From positions 72,850,001-72,914,000 of the forward strand of contig OZ024747.1 in the NCBI GenBank assembly GCA_964016885.1: a stretch of DNA of 64,000 bases. The letters run 5' to 3'. The position numbers and the translations under genes are program-made. The notes under the pieces are model-generated. The model saw only the letters and a list, made by a program, of their open reading frames with translations. It was not told the DNA's origin and searched no databases. The stretch comes from Eledone cirrhosa. Taxonomy: Eukaryota. This document shows positions 11,436 through 24,909 of the stretch, one piece after another (within the stretch, counting starts at the first letter, position 1; every line of letters starts with the position of its first letter).

Positions 11436-11897
11436 TTAACTCTGTTGCGGAGATTCATTTGGTCTCCTAGTTAGAATTTTAGTCTACGACTTCTGCTATA
11501 CCATTTACGTGGTTTTGTCTTGGCGTGCTATTGTTCCCCACGCTCCACATATGACGTATTATCTTCGTTTTTTCGTTCATTGCCAGAAAACGTCTCTATG
11601 AACCACCTAAGAGAACATTAGTCTACGACCTCTTTTATACCATAAACGTGGTTCTGTCTTTGCGCGTAATTGTTTTTCACCGCTCCTATTAATGACGTAT
11701 TATTCGTTTTTTCCCGTTCTTTGCCAGCGAACGTTACCACGAACTAAAGTATCGTCTTCCTGTCTTCCTCCGGTTGCAACGTTTTTTGAAATATCCAGTT
11801 CTGCGTTTACAGATTGACTTTGTTAGTTTCAGAAGATCCCGTTAAGGGTGAAAGCAGCGATTCTTTGCTTAAACTTTAATCTGTTATTTTAATAAAT
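11436..11897 (+). mobile_element. pseudo-LTR fragment of Penelope-like family B
   Basis: Matches 33680-34100 directly and 26686-27125 in reverse complement. Confidence 0.85.
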
Positions 11898-11952
11898 AAT
11901 TAATAATTAATATATATATATATATATATATAAATATATATAAATATATATA

Positions 11953-12004
<52 letters not shown>

Positions 12005-12060
12005 TATATATATATAAATATATATATATATAAATATATATATATATAAATATATATATT

Positions 12061-12096
<36 letters not shown>

Positions 12097-12270
12097 AATA
12101 TATATATATATAAATATATATATATATAAAGGAGGAGGTTATAGTTCACTTGAAGCATTGTGTAATGAGGTATAAACGTTTGAATATGTGTAATGAAGCC
12201 AAAACAATGCAGGTATGGACATAGAAAAAAGAATGCAATTGTAAAAGATATTGTTGACAATTCGTCCTTT

Positions 12271-12337
12271 ACCTTAGATTTATTTAAATGTCCTTAATTT
12301 TCGAGATAATATCTCTTCTTCAGAGGGAAATAAAGGT
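12271..12337 (-). ncRNA. type I hammerhead ribozyme in the inverted pLTR
   Basis: Reverse complement of 13762-13828. Confidence 0.75.
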
Positions 12338-13761
12338 CTCAAACCAGCGTTCTAAATATCTTGCCAAGCCATGCTGACAGGAAATAGTATAGAGTATCTG
12401 TTCTATCTCTAATGTCAAAGAGTTAAAATTAGGTGGATAAAGAGTAGTCTCCCTTTAAAAGGGGTTTGTTTAGGGTTTTTTTGGGTTTTTTAAAAAAATA
12501 TTTTATATACATGCCTGTATAAGTGTGTGGGAGAATGCATGAAGGTGTAAGTATGTGAGTGTGTGTGTGTGAGTGTGAGAAGATAAGTCTATTCGTAAAT
12601 GTGGGGGATAGGTGTTATCTGGTGTTAGAACTGGTTATATGTGTGTATGTGTGAAAGAGAATAAGTGGAGGTGTAAGCGTGTGTGTGTGCGCGTGCGTGT
12701 GTGTGTGTGGGGTGTGTAAATATGGGGCTAGAAGCCCTATCAGGTTATAAATTGGGTGTTGAGTTCTAGTCTATTATTGATTGGTGGTTGTGTTTTATCT
12801 ATAATTAGTGCTTCCTTAATTCTAAGATTGCCGAGGTTTCTTTCCTTAGTTTCTATCCTAACTGTTATGGTTTTGTCGGTGTTTTTGCATTTAGCTAGGT
12901 GTTTCTTAAATGAGGAAGCGTTAGTATTGAGGTGTTCTTTTATTCTTATGTGGAGTGGTCTGGTGGTGCTACCTACGTAGAAGTTGTTGCATTTGTCACA
13001 CTCTAGTCTGTATACGACGTAAGCCTGGTGGCATAGATTTGTGTCGTTGATGGGGCAGTTGGCTAGTCGTATACAGACTAGAGTGTGACAAATGCAACAA
13101 CTTCTACGTAGGTAGCACCACCAGACCACTCCACATAAGAATAAAAGAACACCTCAATACTAACGCTTCCTCATTTAAGAAACACCTAGCTAAATGCAAA
13201 AACACCGACAAAACCATAACAGTTAGGATAGAAACTAAGGAAAGAAACCTCGGCAATCTTAGAATTAAGGAAGCACTAATTATAGATAAAACACAACCAC
13301 CAATTAATAATAGACTAGAACTCAACACCCAATTTATAACCTGATAGGGCTTCTAGCCCCATATTTACCCCCCCCCCCCTCCACACACACACACGCACGC
13401 GCACACACACACACGCTTACACCTCCACTTATTCTCTCTCACACATACACACACATAACCAGTTCTAACACCAGATAACACCTATCCCCCACATTTACGA
13501 ATAGACTTATCTTCTCACACTCACACACACACACTCACATACTTACACCTTCATGCATTCTCCCACACACTTCTACAGGCATGTATATAAAATATTAACC
13601 CCCCCCCCCCCAAAAAAAAACCCCCCTAAACAAACCCCTTTTAAAGGGAGACTACTCTTTATCCACCTAATTTTAACTCTTTGATATTAGAGATAGAACA
13701 GATATTCTATACTATTTCCTGTCAGCATGGCTTGGCAAGATATTTAGAACGCTGGTTTGAG

Positions 13762-13828
13762 ACCTTTATTTCCCTCTGAAGAAGAGATATTATCTCGAAA
13801 ATTAAGGACATTTAAATAAATCTAAGGT
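13762..13828 (+). ncRNA. type I hammerhead ribozyme in pLTR
   Basis: CCT-CTGAAGA-A-GAGAT(ATT)ATCTC-GAAA-ATTA-AGG. Bulged stem I extends via TTTATTT/AAATAAA and ACCTT/AAGGT; minimal palindromic stem III (AATT). Confidence 0.75.
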
Positions 13829-16800
13829 AAAGGACGAATTGTAAACAATATCTTTTACAATTGCATTCTTTTTTCTATGTCCATACCTGCATTGTTTTGG
13901 CTTCATTACACATATTCAAACGTTTATACCTCATTACACAATGCTTCAAGTGAACTATAACCTCCTCCTTTCCTTACGCCTGAGCCAGGCCCAGTTCACA
14001 ACTGTAAAGAAACTTCCAGCTATCTGAAAAGCGCGCCAAAGCCGGCTGCCAAATAAACTTCCTAAAACGATGCCTGAATAACAACATCATCCCCAAAACT
14101 ATCAAAAATTTGCACCTACCAACATGCTTCAAATCACCAGGCCTCAAACGATCACTTAGTTACATACACAAATTCTGCCTAAGAAAACTCATACAACACC
14201 TACACCGCACGCTACAACATCACATACGGACTATTTCCAGCCTTGTACCACAACTCGCTGAAACCCCAGAACCTCTGTGCAGAGTCATCTCCGCCACTAT
14301 AGACAGGTCATACCACCACCGCCGAGACTACGAGAAATACGTCTAACGCAAAAATTTCTCAAACTCAGGACGGCCAACTGTCTTAACAACATCCCAACTC
14401 TAAACACCAACAGAGACGAACAAGACGGTACCAACACCGAACCTAGCGGCGCCCCGACCAACAACACACCTGACGCAAAACACCTCGTCACAGACTTGAC
14501 AGGATCCCTCTCCCGAGAGGAATTAGACCTCCTCAGCCTGGGTCCCAAGTTCATATTGAAACAGAGACTGGACGACAAACTATGGCTCGACATAGAAACG
14601 AATTTCTGTCGGGCTGCCTACTAACTAAAATGGATATCGACTCTCGACAACAACACCACGGAATCCATCAAACCCAGATTCCCGATATACCAACTAAATC
14701 GCCCACTCTGTCCACCGCCTGCCAACCGCGAGCTTGAAGAAAAACTCTCGAGACTAAAACATTCCGTATTTAACATCTTACGGAAACAGAAGAAGATAGC
14801 CCCAAACCTCTCCAGGACACAACAACTCGCCCTGAAGAACCTACGGAATAGGGAACTTATATACTTACCATCCGACAAAGGTAAAGAGTTTTGCGTCATC
14901 TCTCAAGCCCCATACAATAACCTAGCCTTTGAACACCTAAGCGACAGTGAATTATACACAGTGATCCTGGACATGACTGCAGCCCAGATCGAAAAACAGA
15001 CCAACTCCATTTGGTTCGATATCTGTAGGAGAAGACAAAACCCAAATAAAGTTAAGCTCAACTACACCACTAGAAATAGCAGGCTGCCCACTTTCTACCA
15101 CCTCATCAAGACCTACAAGAATAGTACTAAGACGCAAATAAGACCCATCGTCTCTAGCATAGAAGGACCCCTATACAAAATTTCCTGGCTCCTCTCCCAG
15201 GTCCTCAAGCCTCTACTCTCCACCTTTCCCGGGCATGTCAGTAGCTCCGAGGAAGTTATACGTAGACTACACCAACTCCAGCCAGAACAAGTTAAACTAA
15301 ATAAATACGCTTTTAGCCTCGACGTTGTCTCCCTCTACACTACAGTCCCCGCTCATCCAGCTGTCGATTTATTGACGGACTGCGTGGTCGCAGAGGACAT
15401 TAACTGCTACGGCCTCCACCCGACGGACATACACCAGCTTTTGTCCTTCACAGTAGACAACACGTACTTCACCTTCCACCACCACACATACAGACAGACA
15501 ATAGGATTACCCATGGGATCCAGCCTATCGGGCCTGCTGGCCATCACCTACATGAACCAGCTAGAATGCCGAGCCCTCAACACCTGCCATTCCCATGCCT
15601 TCTTCACCCGATATGTAGATGACATACTCATTCTTACATCATCCCGTGAGGAGGCAGATCAAATATACACAACATTCTCCAGCATGGACGCCAGTATAAA
15701 GTTCAGCTTGGAACACCCCGATGACCGCGGATAGCTATTCGTACTGGACTTCCAACTCAGGGTAACAGAGGAAGGCAACACCCACACCTGCTTCTATAAA
15801 AAAATCCGCCAGCAGGGACCTGTTCGTACATTTCAGATCGGCCCTCCCACTGGGTGCCAAGTTCGGATACATAAGGAACGAACTGGCACGTATCCGGAAC
15901 AAATGCACCGACGCTAGAGACCGAGACACACACACCACACATTTCCTGGAAGTACTCAAACTGAACGGATACACGACATCCACCACAAACCGTGCCAGAA
16001 AGAACAGAGGACACCACACCCGAGGCACTAACACTTGCTTCCTGAAGCTCCCACACTTCAGTGAAGAAACAACAACAGCCATCCGCAGAGCCATCAGACG
16101 AGAGGGACTGGATATCCAACTGGCACACTCGGGTCCTTCTCGGCGCGGACGGCTGGCCAAGAGACACTCCACCAGACATGACAACTGCTGCAGACTAGCC
16201 AACTGCCCCATCAACGACACAGACCTATGCCACCAGGCTTACGTCGTATACAGACTAGAGTGTGACAAATGCAACAACTTCTACGTAGGTAGCACCACCA
16301 GACACTCCACATAAGAATAAAAGAACACCTCAATACTAACGCTTCCTCATTTAAGAAACACCTAGCTAAATGCAAAAACACCGACAAAACCATAACAGTT
16401 AGGATAGAAACTAAGGAAAGAAACCTCGGCAATCTTAGAATTAAGGAAGCACTAATTATAGATAAAACACAACCACCAATCAATAATAGACTAGAACTCA
16501 ACACCCAATTTATAACCTGATAGGGCTTCTAGCCCCATATTTACCCCCCCCCCCACACACACACACACGCTTACACCTCCACTTATTCTCTCTCACACAT
16601 ACACACACATAACCAGTTCTAACACCAGATAACACCTATCCCCCACATTTACGAATAGACTTATCTTCTCCCACTCACACACACACACTCACATACTTAC
16701 ACCTTCATGCATTCTCCCACACACTTATACAGGCATGTATATAAAATATTTAAACCCCCCCCCCAAAAAAAAAACCCCCCTAAACAAACCCCTTTTAAAG

Positions 16801-16915
16801 GAAGACTACTCTTTATCCACCTAATTTTAACTCTTTGACATTAGAGATAGAACAGATACTCTATACTATTTCCTGTTAGCATGGCTTGGCAAGATATTTA
16901 GAACGCTGGTTTGAG

Positions 16916-16982
16916 ACCTTTATTTCCCTCTGAAGAAGAGATATTATCTCGAAAATTAAGGACATTTAAATAAATCTAAGGT
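16916..16982 (+). ncRNA. type I hammerhead ribozyme in the 3' pLTR
   Basis: Same sequence as 13762-13828. Confidence 0.75.
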
Positions 16983-17075
16983 AAAGGACGAATTGTCAAC
17001 AATATCTTTTACAATTGCATTCTTTTTTCTATGTCCATACCTGCATTGTTTTGGCTTTATTACACATATTCAAAC

Positions 17076-17156
<81 letters not shown>

Positions 17157-17157
17157 C

Positions 17158-17327
<170 letters not shown>

Positions 17328-17345
17328 GTATATATAAATATATAT

Positions 17346-17404
<59 letters not shown>

Positions 17405-17574
17405 AATATATATCTCTCATATGAAATAATACACCCAATTTTCCACGCAATACTTTTAGTTAGCACCCCGAACGCATAATTGGGAATATAATCACTTATT
17501 TCCTAATGTCTGTTGAGTGAGTTGGAATTTGACCGGAGTATCGCTAAAAAGCTTTCTCCGATATTGTATTTATT

Positions 17575-17632
<58 letters not shown>

Positions 17633-17679
17633 AATATATATATATATAAATATATAAATATATATATATATAAATATAT

Positions 17680-19599
17680 TTCGTTTCTGAATTTGTTTAG
17701 CAAGATTCTTTATCTGAAAACGTGTTTTGAAACCGATATTGTTATACTTTGGGAGGGTCATGTTGCCAAAAAGAAACACACGCACCAGTTGTTTCACTTC
17801 AATTTATTATAATAGATTTATAAATTTAGGAATTTATAAATTTCCGGTTGGTTTGGTTGGTTGGTTCCACAACCAGATGGTTGTTTATATATTGTCAAAG
17901 TTCTTTCGTCACACATTCTGTGACCTCTTCAGTGACTGGGGATTCTTTCTTTGTTTTTGTGCCTCTCCTTTGTTCTGTCCTACGCCATCTTGTTTCTGTG
18001 TGTGTGTTGTGTGCTCAGTCTGCGCATGTGCCACATTCGGGTGTCTGTGTGTGTTTATATTCGTTTATTTATTTGTTTATTTACATGTTACTGGTTGTTT
18101 GTTTGTTCCATGTGCGTGTGTGGTTTCATTTTGTCCTTAATTGTAAGTTGTGATGTTGCTGTTCCACTCATGTTTTCTATTTAATTTTGTTTGTAATTCT
18201 TTTATGTTTATTGCCTCTGTGATTTGTCTAAACATTGCCTCTTTTCTGTGTGTAGATTCTATTTTTATTTCTATGTTCTCTAATTTAACCCCTATGTTCT
18301 ATTTTAGCATGTTGGTAGAGTACAGATGATTCTTTACTATTTTGAAGGTCTCGCCAGTGTTCATTTATCCGTTCCCCTACACTACGAGCTGTCTCACCTA
18401 TGTACACTATATTTTATCTTTACATTGTCCTTCAGTACATCTTATGCTATATACTACATTTCTAGTTTTACAGTTAATATGGGGGCTTAATTTACAGGTT
18501 ATACATTTCTTATCTATACAGGGGGGGGGGGGTCTTTGAAAAGGGTATGTCTTGCTAATATGTGTTTTTATGGAGGTAACCTGGTCTTTCTACTATCTTA
18601 ATATTGAGTGTATGTTTATCTAGGGCCCTTCTAATTTTGTAAGCTAATTCACCTCTAGGGGTTGTATCGATGAACATTACACTCTGGTATTTATTGCTAT
18701 CATACCATGAGTTTATTCTATTAGCCTTATTCCTAGTTCTTTCTATTCTATTCCAAAATTTGCTCCTATACAAGGGGGCAGGGTCCCCATTTGTGTCATT
18801 ATTTACCATTTTTTCCCATTTGGTTCTGGCTCCTCTATACACTCTGATTTTATCTCTCTGATTGTAACCAGAGAACTGCATACGGTGGATGAAGTGTTGT
18901 ATGTGTCTCTCTAGTTCTTCGGGGTTGCACATGCGGGACACGTTTCTCATCACCCGTACCAAATCCGCAATCAGTATGTTGATTTTAGTATGGTCCGAAG
19001 CAGCTGAGTTTCGGTGGATCGGATATTTGGAAGTCATGGTTTGGCATAATGGGAATGGAGAATTTGTTTTTTGTTATTAATGGTATCTAACCAGAGCTCT
19101 GTGTCTAGTACAGGTAATCGATGGTTGGGGTGTTTGCTTGGGGTAGTCTATAGTAACTCTAATACTCTAGTGGATGGAGTTAGCTATTTGCTGGATGCTT
19201 TCCATTGTGTTTTTCTCTAATTCCTGACTGTTCTCTAGTGGGGGTGTTTAACTACGATGTTTATATCATCAACGTAGCGGGAGTACATTATCAGGGGTTA
19301 AGGGGTCTTCTAATTGTTCTTTAAGTCTACTGTCCCACCATACCATGAATAAGTTAGCTATGTCGCCTGCAATGCTAACACCAATAGCTGCTCCCTCCTC
19401 TTGGGCATATGTTTTTCCATTAAATTTGAACATATGTTCCTTAAGGGTTAATTTTATGCTGGCCCCCAGCGCATGTGCAATCATTTTCTTTAGTTCATCG
19501 TGGTTTTCGGGGGTCCGCATGGCTCTGGTCCACTCGTTCCATCTATCTGTGTGGGTTTTCTTGGCCATTGAGGTAATGGTAGGTGGTCTGCCCCTTGCA

Positions 19600-19600
<1 letters not shown>
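17680..19600 (-). mobile_element. 5'-truncated Naiad/Chlamys-type Penelope-like element, frameshifted
   Basis: RT: [26 protein letters not shown] and RYVDDI. Manual translation of the C-terminus gives CIDKKCITC, CKTRNVVYSIRC, YIGETARSVGERINEH, RQITEA and LNRKHEWN. Confidence 0.82.
17890..17940 (-). ncRNA. type I hammerhead ribozyme in the Naiad-type pLTR
   Basis: Minus strand: GTCA-CTGAAGA-G-GTCACA(GAATG)TGTGAC-GAAA-GAAC-TT-TGAC. Stems I and II are complementary. Confidence 0.75.
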
Positions 19601-20260
<660 letters not shown>

Positions 20261-20862
20261 AGTTATACTATTTATGGTTATGTAAATACAAAACCTTAAG
20301 CAGTTGTAAGTATTTTACACACACCCTAAATAGTGGTAGGCAGTAATGTATTACTACCTTATTACCAGTAAGTTAAGTAGCTCAATGTAAAAACATCAGA
20401 TGATTTACAGAGCAGTTATATGAAATATAAGAATCAAAGAACTGTTCAAAACATTATTGTGCTTACAGCTGTTTCCTCCAAACCGAGGTTTGGATTCTTC
20501 GGAGCAATTTATTAATGCATGGACAGTTATATGACCTCCTTTTCAACCGAGAGACATGCCAATACATATTCAAACATTGATACATATTCAAACATTGTGG
20601 GTCAACATTCATTACAGAATTTAGAGTGGCAGTACACACATCGAGATTACATTTATATTAATAGGTACAATAAAAAATCAAAGATATAGGTTAAAGTACA
20701 ACATGGAGATAAGTGGTTATATAGTGCAAATGTTATATGTGTGGCACGCATGTGCGTCTTGTTTATATAGTGTGGCAGAGAGATATCTGTGGTAGAGGCA
20801 CTTAGGTAGGTAAATAAGAGTGTTAGGTTGGTAGATCTGGTGGCAAATTCTTTATATGATTG
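20261..20862 (-). mobile_element. Penelope-type pseudo-LTR remnant (family C)
   Basis: Highly similar to 50239-50852. Contains a hammerhead-like motif and is flanked by (TA)n. Confidence 0.6.
20452..20512 (-). ncRNA. hammerhead ribozyme with CCGAAGA core variant
   Basis: TGCT-CCGAAGA-A-TCCAAACC(TC)GGTTTGGA-G-GAAAC-AGCT-GTA-AGCA. Confidence 0.6.
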
Positions 20863-20952
20863 ATATATATATAAATAAATATATATATATATAAATATAT
20901 ATATAAATATATATATATATCTATAAATATATATATATATCTATAAATATAT

Positions 20953-21002
<50 letters not shown>

Positions 21003-21004
<2 letters not shown>

Positions 21005-23085
21005 CATCAGGAAAATTAAGAGAACTAACAAAAAAAATCAACAAGCTGAAATACTGTCAGCAGCAACACATCAACTTGACTGCCATTTCATCACTAGAGA
21101 TTAAAAAACATAACCTCCAAAACAACATGATGTCTATCATCAACAATCAGAGAAGAGCTGAAGAGGCCTGGGCCATTGAGAAGATCAAACTCAATCCCAA
21201 AGTGTTCTTTTCATTTGCAAAAAAACACAAAATCACTGGCTCTACTGTTGGCCCTCTAATTGATGAAAATGTCACTCTTCAAGACAATGCTAAAACCATG
21301 GGTGAGATACTGCAGAAACAATACTGCTCTGTTTTCAGCAACCCTGATATGGCCGATCTGGGCTGTATCGGCGATGTTACTCCCCATTACACCTTATCGA
21401 ACATAACGTTTGGCGCCCCTGATGTCTTAGCGGCAATAAAGGAAATCAAGCATAATTCAGCAGTAGGTCCCGATAGGTTCCCTGCTTGTGTCTTGAAGGC
21501 GTGTCAACACCAACTTGCATCTCCTCTTGCCAATCTGTGGCGGAACTCACTGGATGCTGGATATGTGCCAGAAAATCTTCTATTCCAGTCTGTTGTCCCA
21601 GTTTTCAAAAAAGGAAACAAATCCCTTGCCGTGAATTACCATCCAATCTCACTCACCTCTCATATCATTAAGGTATTTGAGAGAGTGGTGAGATCGCGAA
21701 TGACTCACTTCCTTGAGAGTAACAATATGCTGAACTCCAACCAGCATGGATTCCGTAATGGAAGGGATTGCCTGACGCAGCTACTGCATCACTTTGATGA
21801 CATTTTGAGAGCCTTGGGAGAGGGTTCCAACACTGATGTTATCTACCTTGATTTCAGCAAGGCCTTTGACAGGGTTGATCACAACATTCTACTGAGAAAG
21901 CTGTCCAATATTGGTGTCACTGGAAAGCTGCTGCAGTGGATCAAGAGCTTCCTGTCAAACAGAACCCAACATGTTGTAGTCGAAGGAGTCAAATCCAGCC
22001 CAGCCAAAGTCAGTAGAGGGGTCCCACAAGGCACTGTGTTGGGCCCACTTCTCTTCATCATCTATATTAATGACATCACTGACATCATCAAACACAGCAA
22101 CATTAGAATTTTCGCTGATGATTCCAAGCTCCAAAAAGTCATCAATGGCGTGGATGACCGGATAAGCCTTCAGTCAGACCTACTGGCTGTTACCCAATGG
22201 GCGGAAAAGAACAACATGTTACTGAACGAAGACAAATTCGAACTGATCCACTTTGAAAAAGAGGATGCTCTGAAACTCCCGTACTCCCTTCCCTCCGGGG
22301 AAACTCTCGTGGCATCTAACAACATCAGAGACTTGGGAGTAACCGTGGACAGCAACATAAGCTGGGCCACGCATATAAGCAGCAAAGTTGACATGGCCCG
22401 CAGAATGTGTTCCTGGATCCTCAGAACCTTCCAGTCGAGAGATTCTCACACCATTATCCTTCTCTTCTCCACTTTTGCCCTACCACACCTTGAATACTGT
22501 TGTCCACTGTGGTCTCCCCACACGAAACTAAGTATCATGAAACTTGAAGCTCCCCAAAGGGCAATCACGAAAAAGATAGATGGCATGTCAGACCTTGACT
22601 ACTGGGGTCGACTAGAAAAGCTGAAACTTTACTCACTCCAACGTCACCGTGAGCGTTATATTATCTGCATGATGTGGAAAATGTCTCATCAGAACTGCCC
22701 AAATGATGTTGGCATCACCTTCAAAATACACCCAAGGCTTGGGCCCCGTGCTATCCGTCCCAAACAAAAATCTAAATCGCAACACATACCAACAATACAG
22801 CACAATTATTTCACCTCAATTGGCCCTGCTCTCTTCAACATCATACCAGGACACGTAAAAACAGAAACTGACCACACAAAATTCAAGAAGTCTTTGGACA
22901 AATTCCTCCAAGTAATCCCGGACAAACCACCCACACCCGGATATGTCTCCGCAAACAATAATTCTCTTCTCGAATGGGCCATGGTGCCCAAATCCTGAAT
23001 TGAAAGACTTCGCCAGGTGGTGCTATTAAGTTAGACATGGCCTGGGCCAATACTGGCCAAAACATTTCAAAGTTATTCAAAGTTA
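21003..23085 (+). mobile_element. 5'-truncated CR1-group LINE
   Basis: Carries the RT ORF 21076-22998 and a short 3'UTR ending in a TTCAAAGTTA tandem tail. Inserted in (TA)n. Confidence 0.88.
21076..22998 (+). CDS. LINE reverse transcriptase (CR1 group), uninterrupted 640 aa, lacking the endonuclease
   Basis: QHGFRNGRDCLTQL, YLDFSKAFDRVDH, GVPQGTVLGPLLF, FADDSKL, RDLGV, LEYCCPLWSP, FKKSLDKFL..IPDKP. Confidence 0.9.
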   Translation: MTAISSLEIKKHNLQNNMMSIINNQRRAEEAWAIEKIKLNPKVFFSFAKKHKITGSTVGPLIDENVTLQDNAKTMGEILQKQYCSVFSNPDMADLGCIGDVTPHYTLSNITFGAPDVLAAIKEIKHNSAVGPDRFPACVLKACQHQLASPLANLWRNSLDAGYVPENLLFQSVVPVFKKGNKSLAVNYHPISLTSHIIKVFERVVRSRMTHFLESNNMLNSNQHGFRNGRDCLTQLLHHFDDILRALGEGSNTDVIYLDFSKAFDRVDHNILLRKLSNIGVTGKLLQWIKSFLSNRTQHVVVEGVKSSPAKVSRGVPQGTVLGPLLFIIYINDITDIIKHSNIRIFADDSKLQKVINGVDDRISLQSDLLAVTQWAEKNNMLLNEDKFELIHFEKEDALKLPYSLPSGETLVASNNIRDLGVTVDSNISWATHISSKVDMARRMCSWILRTFQSRDSHTIILLFSTFALPHLEYCCPLWSPHTKLSIMKLEAPQRAITKKIDGMSDLDYWGRLEKLKLYSLQRHRERYIICMMWKMSHQNCPNDVGITFKIHPRLGPRAIRPKQKSKSQHIPTIQHNYFTSIGPALFNIIPGHVKTETDHTKFKKSLDKFLQVIPDKPPTPGYVSANNNSLLEWAMVPKS

Positions 23086-23166
23086 TATATATAAATATAT
23101 ATATATATATAAATATATATATATATAAATAAATATATATTTATATATTAATATATATATAAATAT

Positions 23167-23259
<93 letters not shown>

Positions 23260-23432
23260 AATATATATATATAAATAAATATATATATATAAATAAATAT
23301 ATATATATAAATATATATATATAAATAAATATATATATATAAATATATATATAAATATATATATATATATAAATAAATATATATATATATAAATAAATAT
23401 ATATATATAAATAAATAAATATATATATATAA

Positions 23433-23521
<89 letters not shown>

Positions 23522-23539
23522 AATATATATATAAGTATA

Positions 23540-24280
23540 TAGAAGTTAATATAAATAAATATATGATCAACACTTATTTGTTTTTACTGTAAATTGACAA
23601 TTAATTAGCTAGAATGAAATATCTTAATTCAAATACATATAGTCTGCCTGTATCGATCTAAAAAATAATATATCTATACTCACAGACGTATATCGGCAAT
23701 GGCCTGGTGCCTATACAAGTTTAAATTTCAAAATTCAAACCTTTCCCGTAGATCAGTCCGAAACTCAAAACGTAAACCTGTTTCACAAGGGATGGTATAA
23801 TATTGACATAATTAATTATTAGTTGTGAAATAATTAATTTTCTGTGATTCTTAATAGGCACCCAGAAAAATTAAAATTACTTCACCTCGGAGAAATATCT
23901 AAGGTCTGGTTTATCGTATGCTAAATACATGTGCTTTTGCAGACGGTTACTTCCTGCATTCTAGCTCATACTCATGGCGCTAGAAATAACAGCCGTTTAT
24001 ATGGGATTACGAATTCAGCTAGACCGGGGGAGCAGTTTGTATAATATAATTTAGAGTTTACACTCAGGGGTCAATTACAATTATTCAGCTCTAAGAAAGA
24101 AGCATTTCTGAGCAGTACAATAGAAGTTAATATAAATAAATATATGATCAACACTTATGTGTTTTTACTGTAAATTGACAATTAATTAGCTAGAATGAAC
24201 TATCTTAATTCAAATACATATAGTCTGCCTGTATCGATCTAAAAAAGAATATATCTATACTCACAGACGTATATCGGCAA
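23540..24280. repeat. ~580-bp unit with a ~160-bp direct terminal repeat (partial tandem, pLTR-like)
   Basis: 23540-23700 is repeated at 24121-24280; both ends lie in (TA)n. Confidence 0.8.
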
Positions 24281-24281
24281 T

Positions 24282-24314
<33 letters not shown>

Positions 24315-24335
24315 AATATATATATATATAAATGT

Positions 24336-24370
<35 letters not shown>

Positions 24371-24475
24371 GATATATATATATATAAATATATATATATA
24401 AATATATATAAATATATAAATATATATATATATAAATATATATATATAAATATATATAAATATATAAATATATAT

Positions 24476-24548
<73 letters not shown>

Positions 24549-24579
24549 AATATATATATACATATATATAAATAAATAT

Positions 24580-24630
<51 letters not shown>

Positions 24631-24669
24631 AATATATATATATACATATATATAAATATATATATATAC

Positions 24670-24788
<119 letters not shown>

Positions 24789-24813
24789 AATATATATATA
24801 TACATATATATAA

Positions 24814-24903
<90 letters not shown>

Positions 24904-24909
24904 AAATAT

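Larger units (their letters stand above)
12128..17080 (+). mobile_element. Penelope/Poseidon-type retroelement: inverted pLTR + pLTR + disrupted RT-GIY-YIG ORF + pLTR
   Basis: Inverted arms 12128-13018 and 13066-13971, with a direct repeat at 16243-17080. RT in 14961-15734 (FSLDVVSLYT, GLPMGSSLSG, RYVDDIL). GIY-YIG VVYRLECDKCNNFYVGSTTRPLHIRIKEH. Several stops and frameshifts. Confidence 0.93.
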
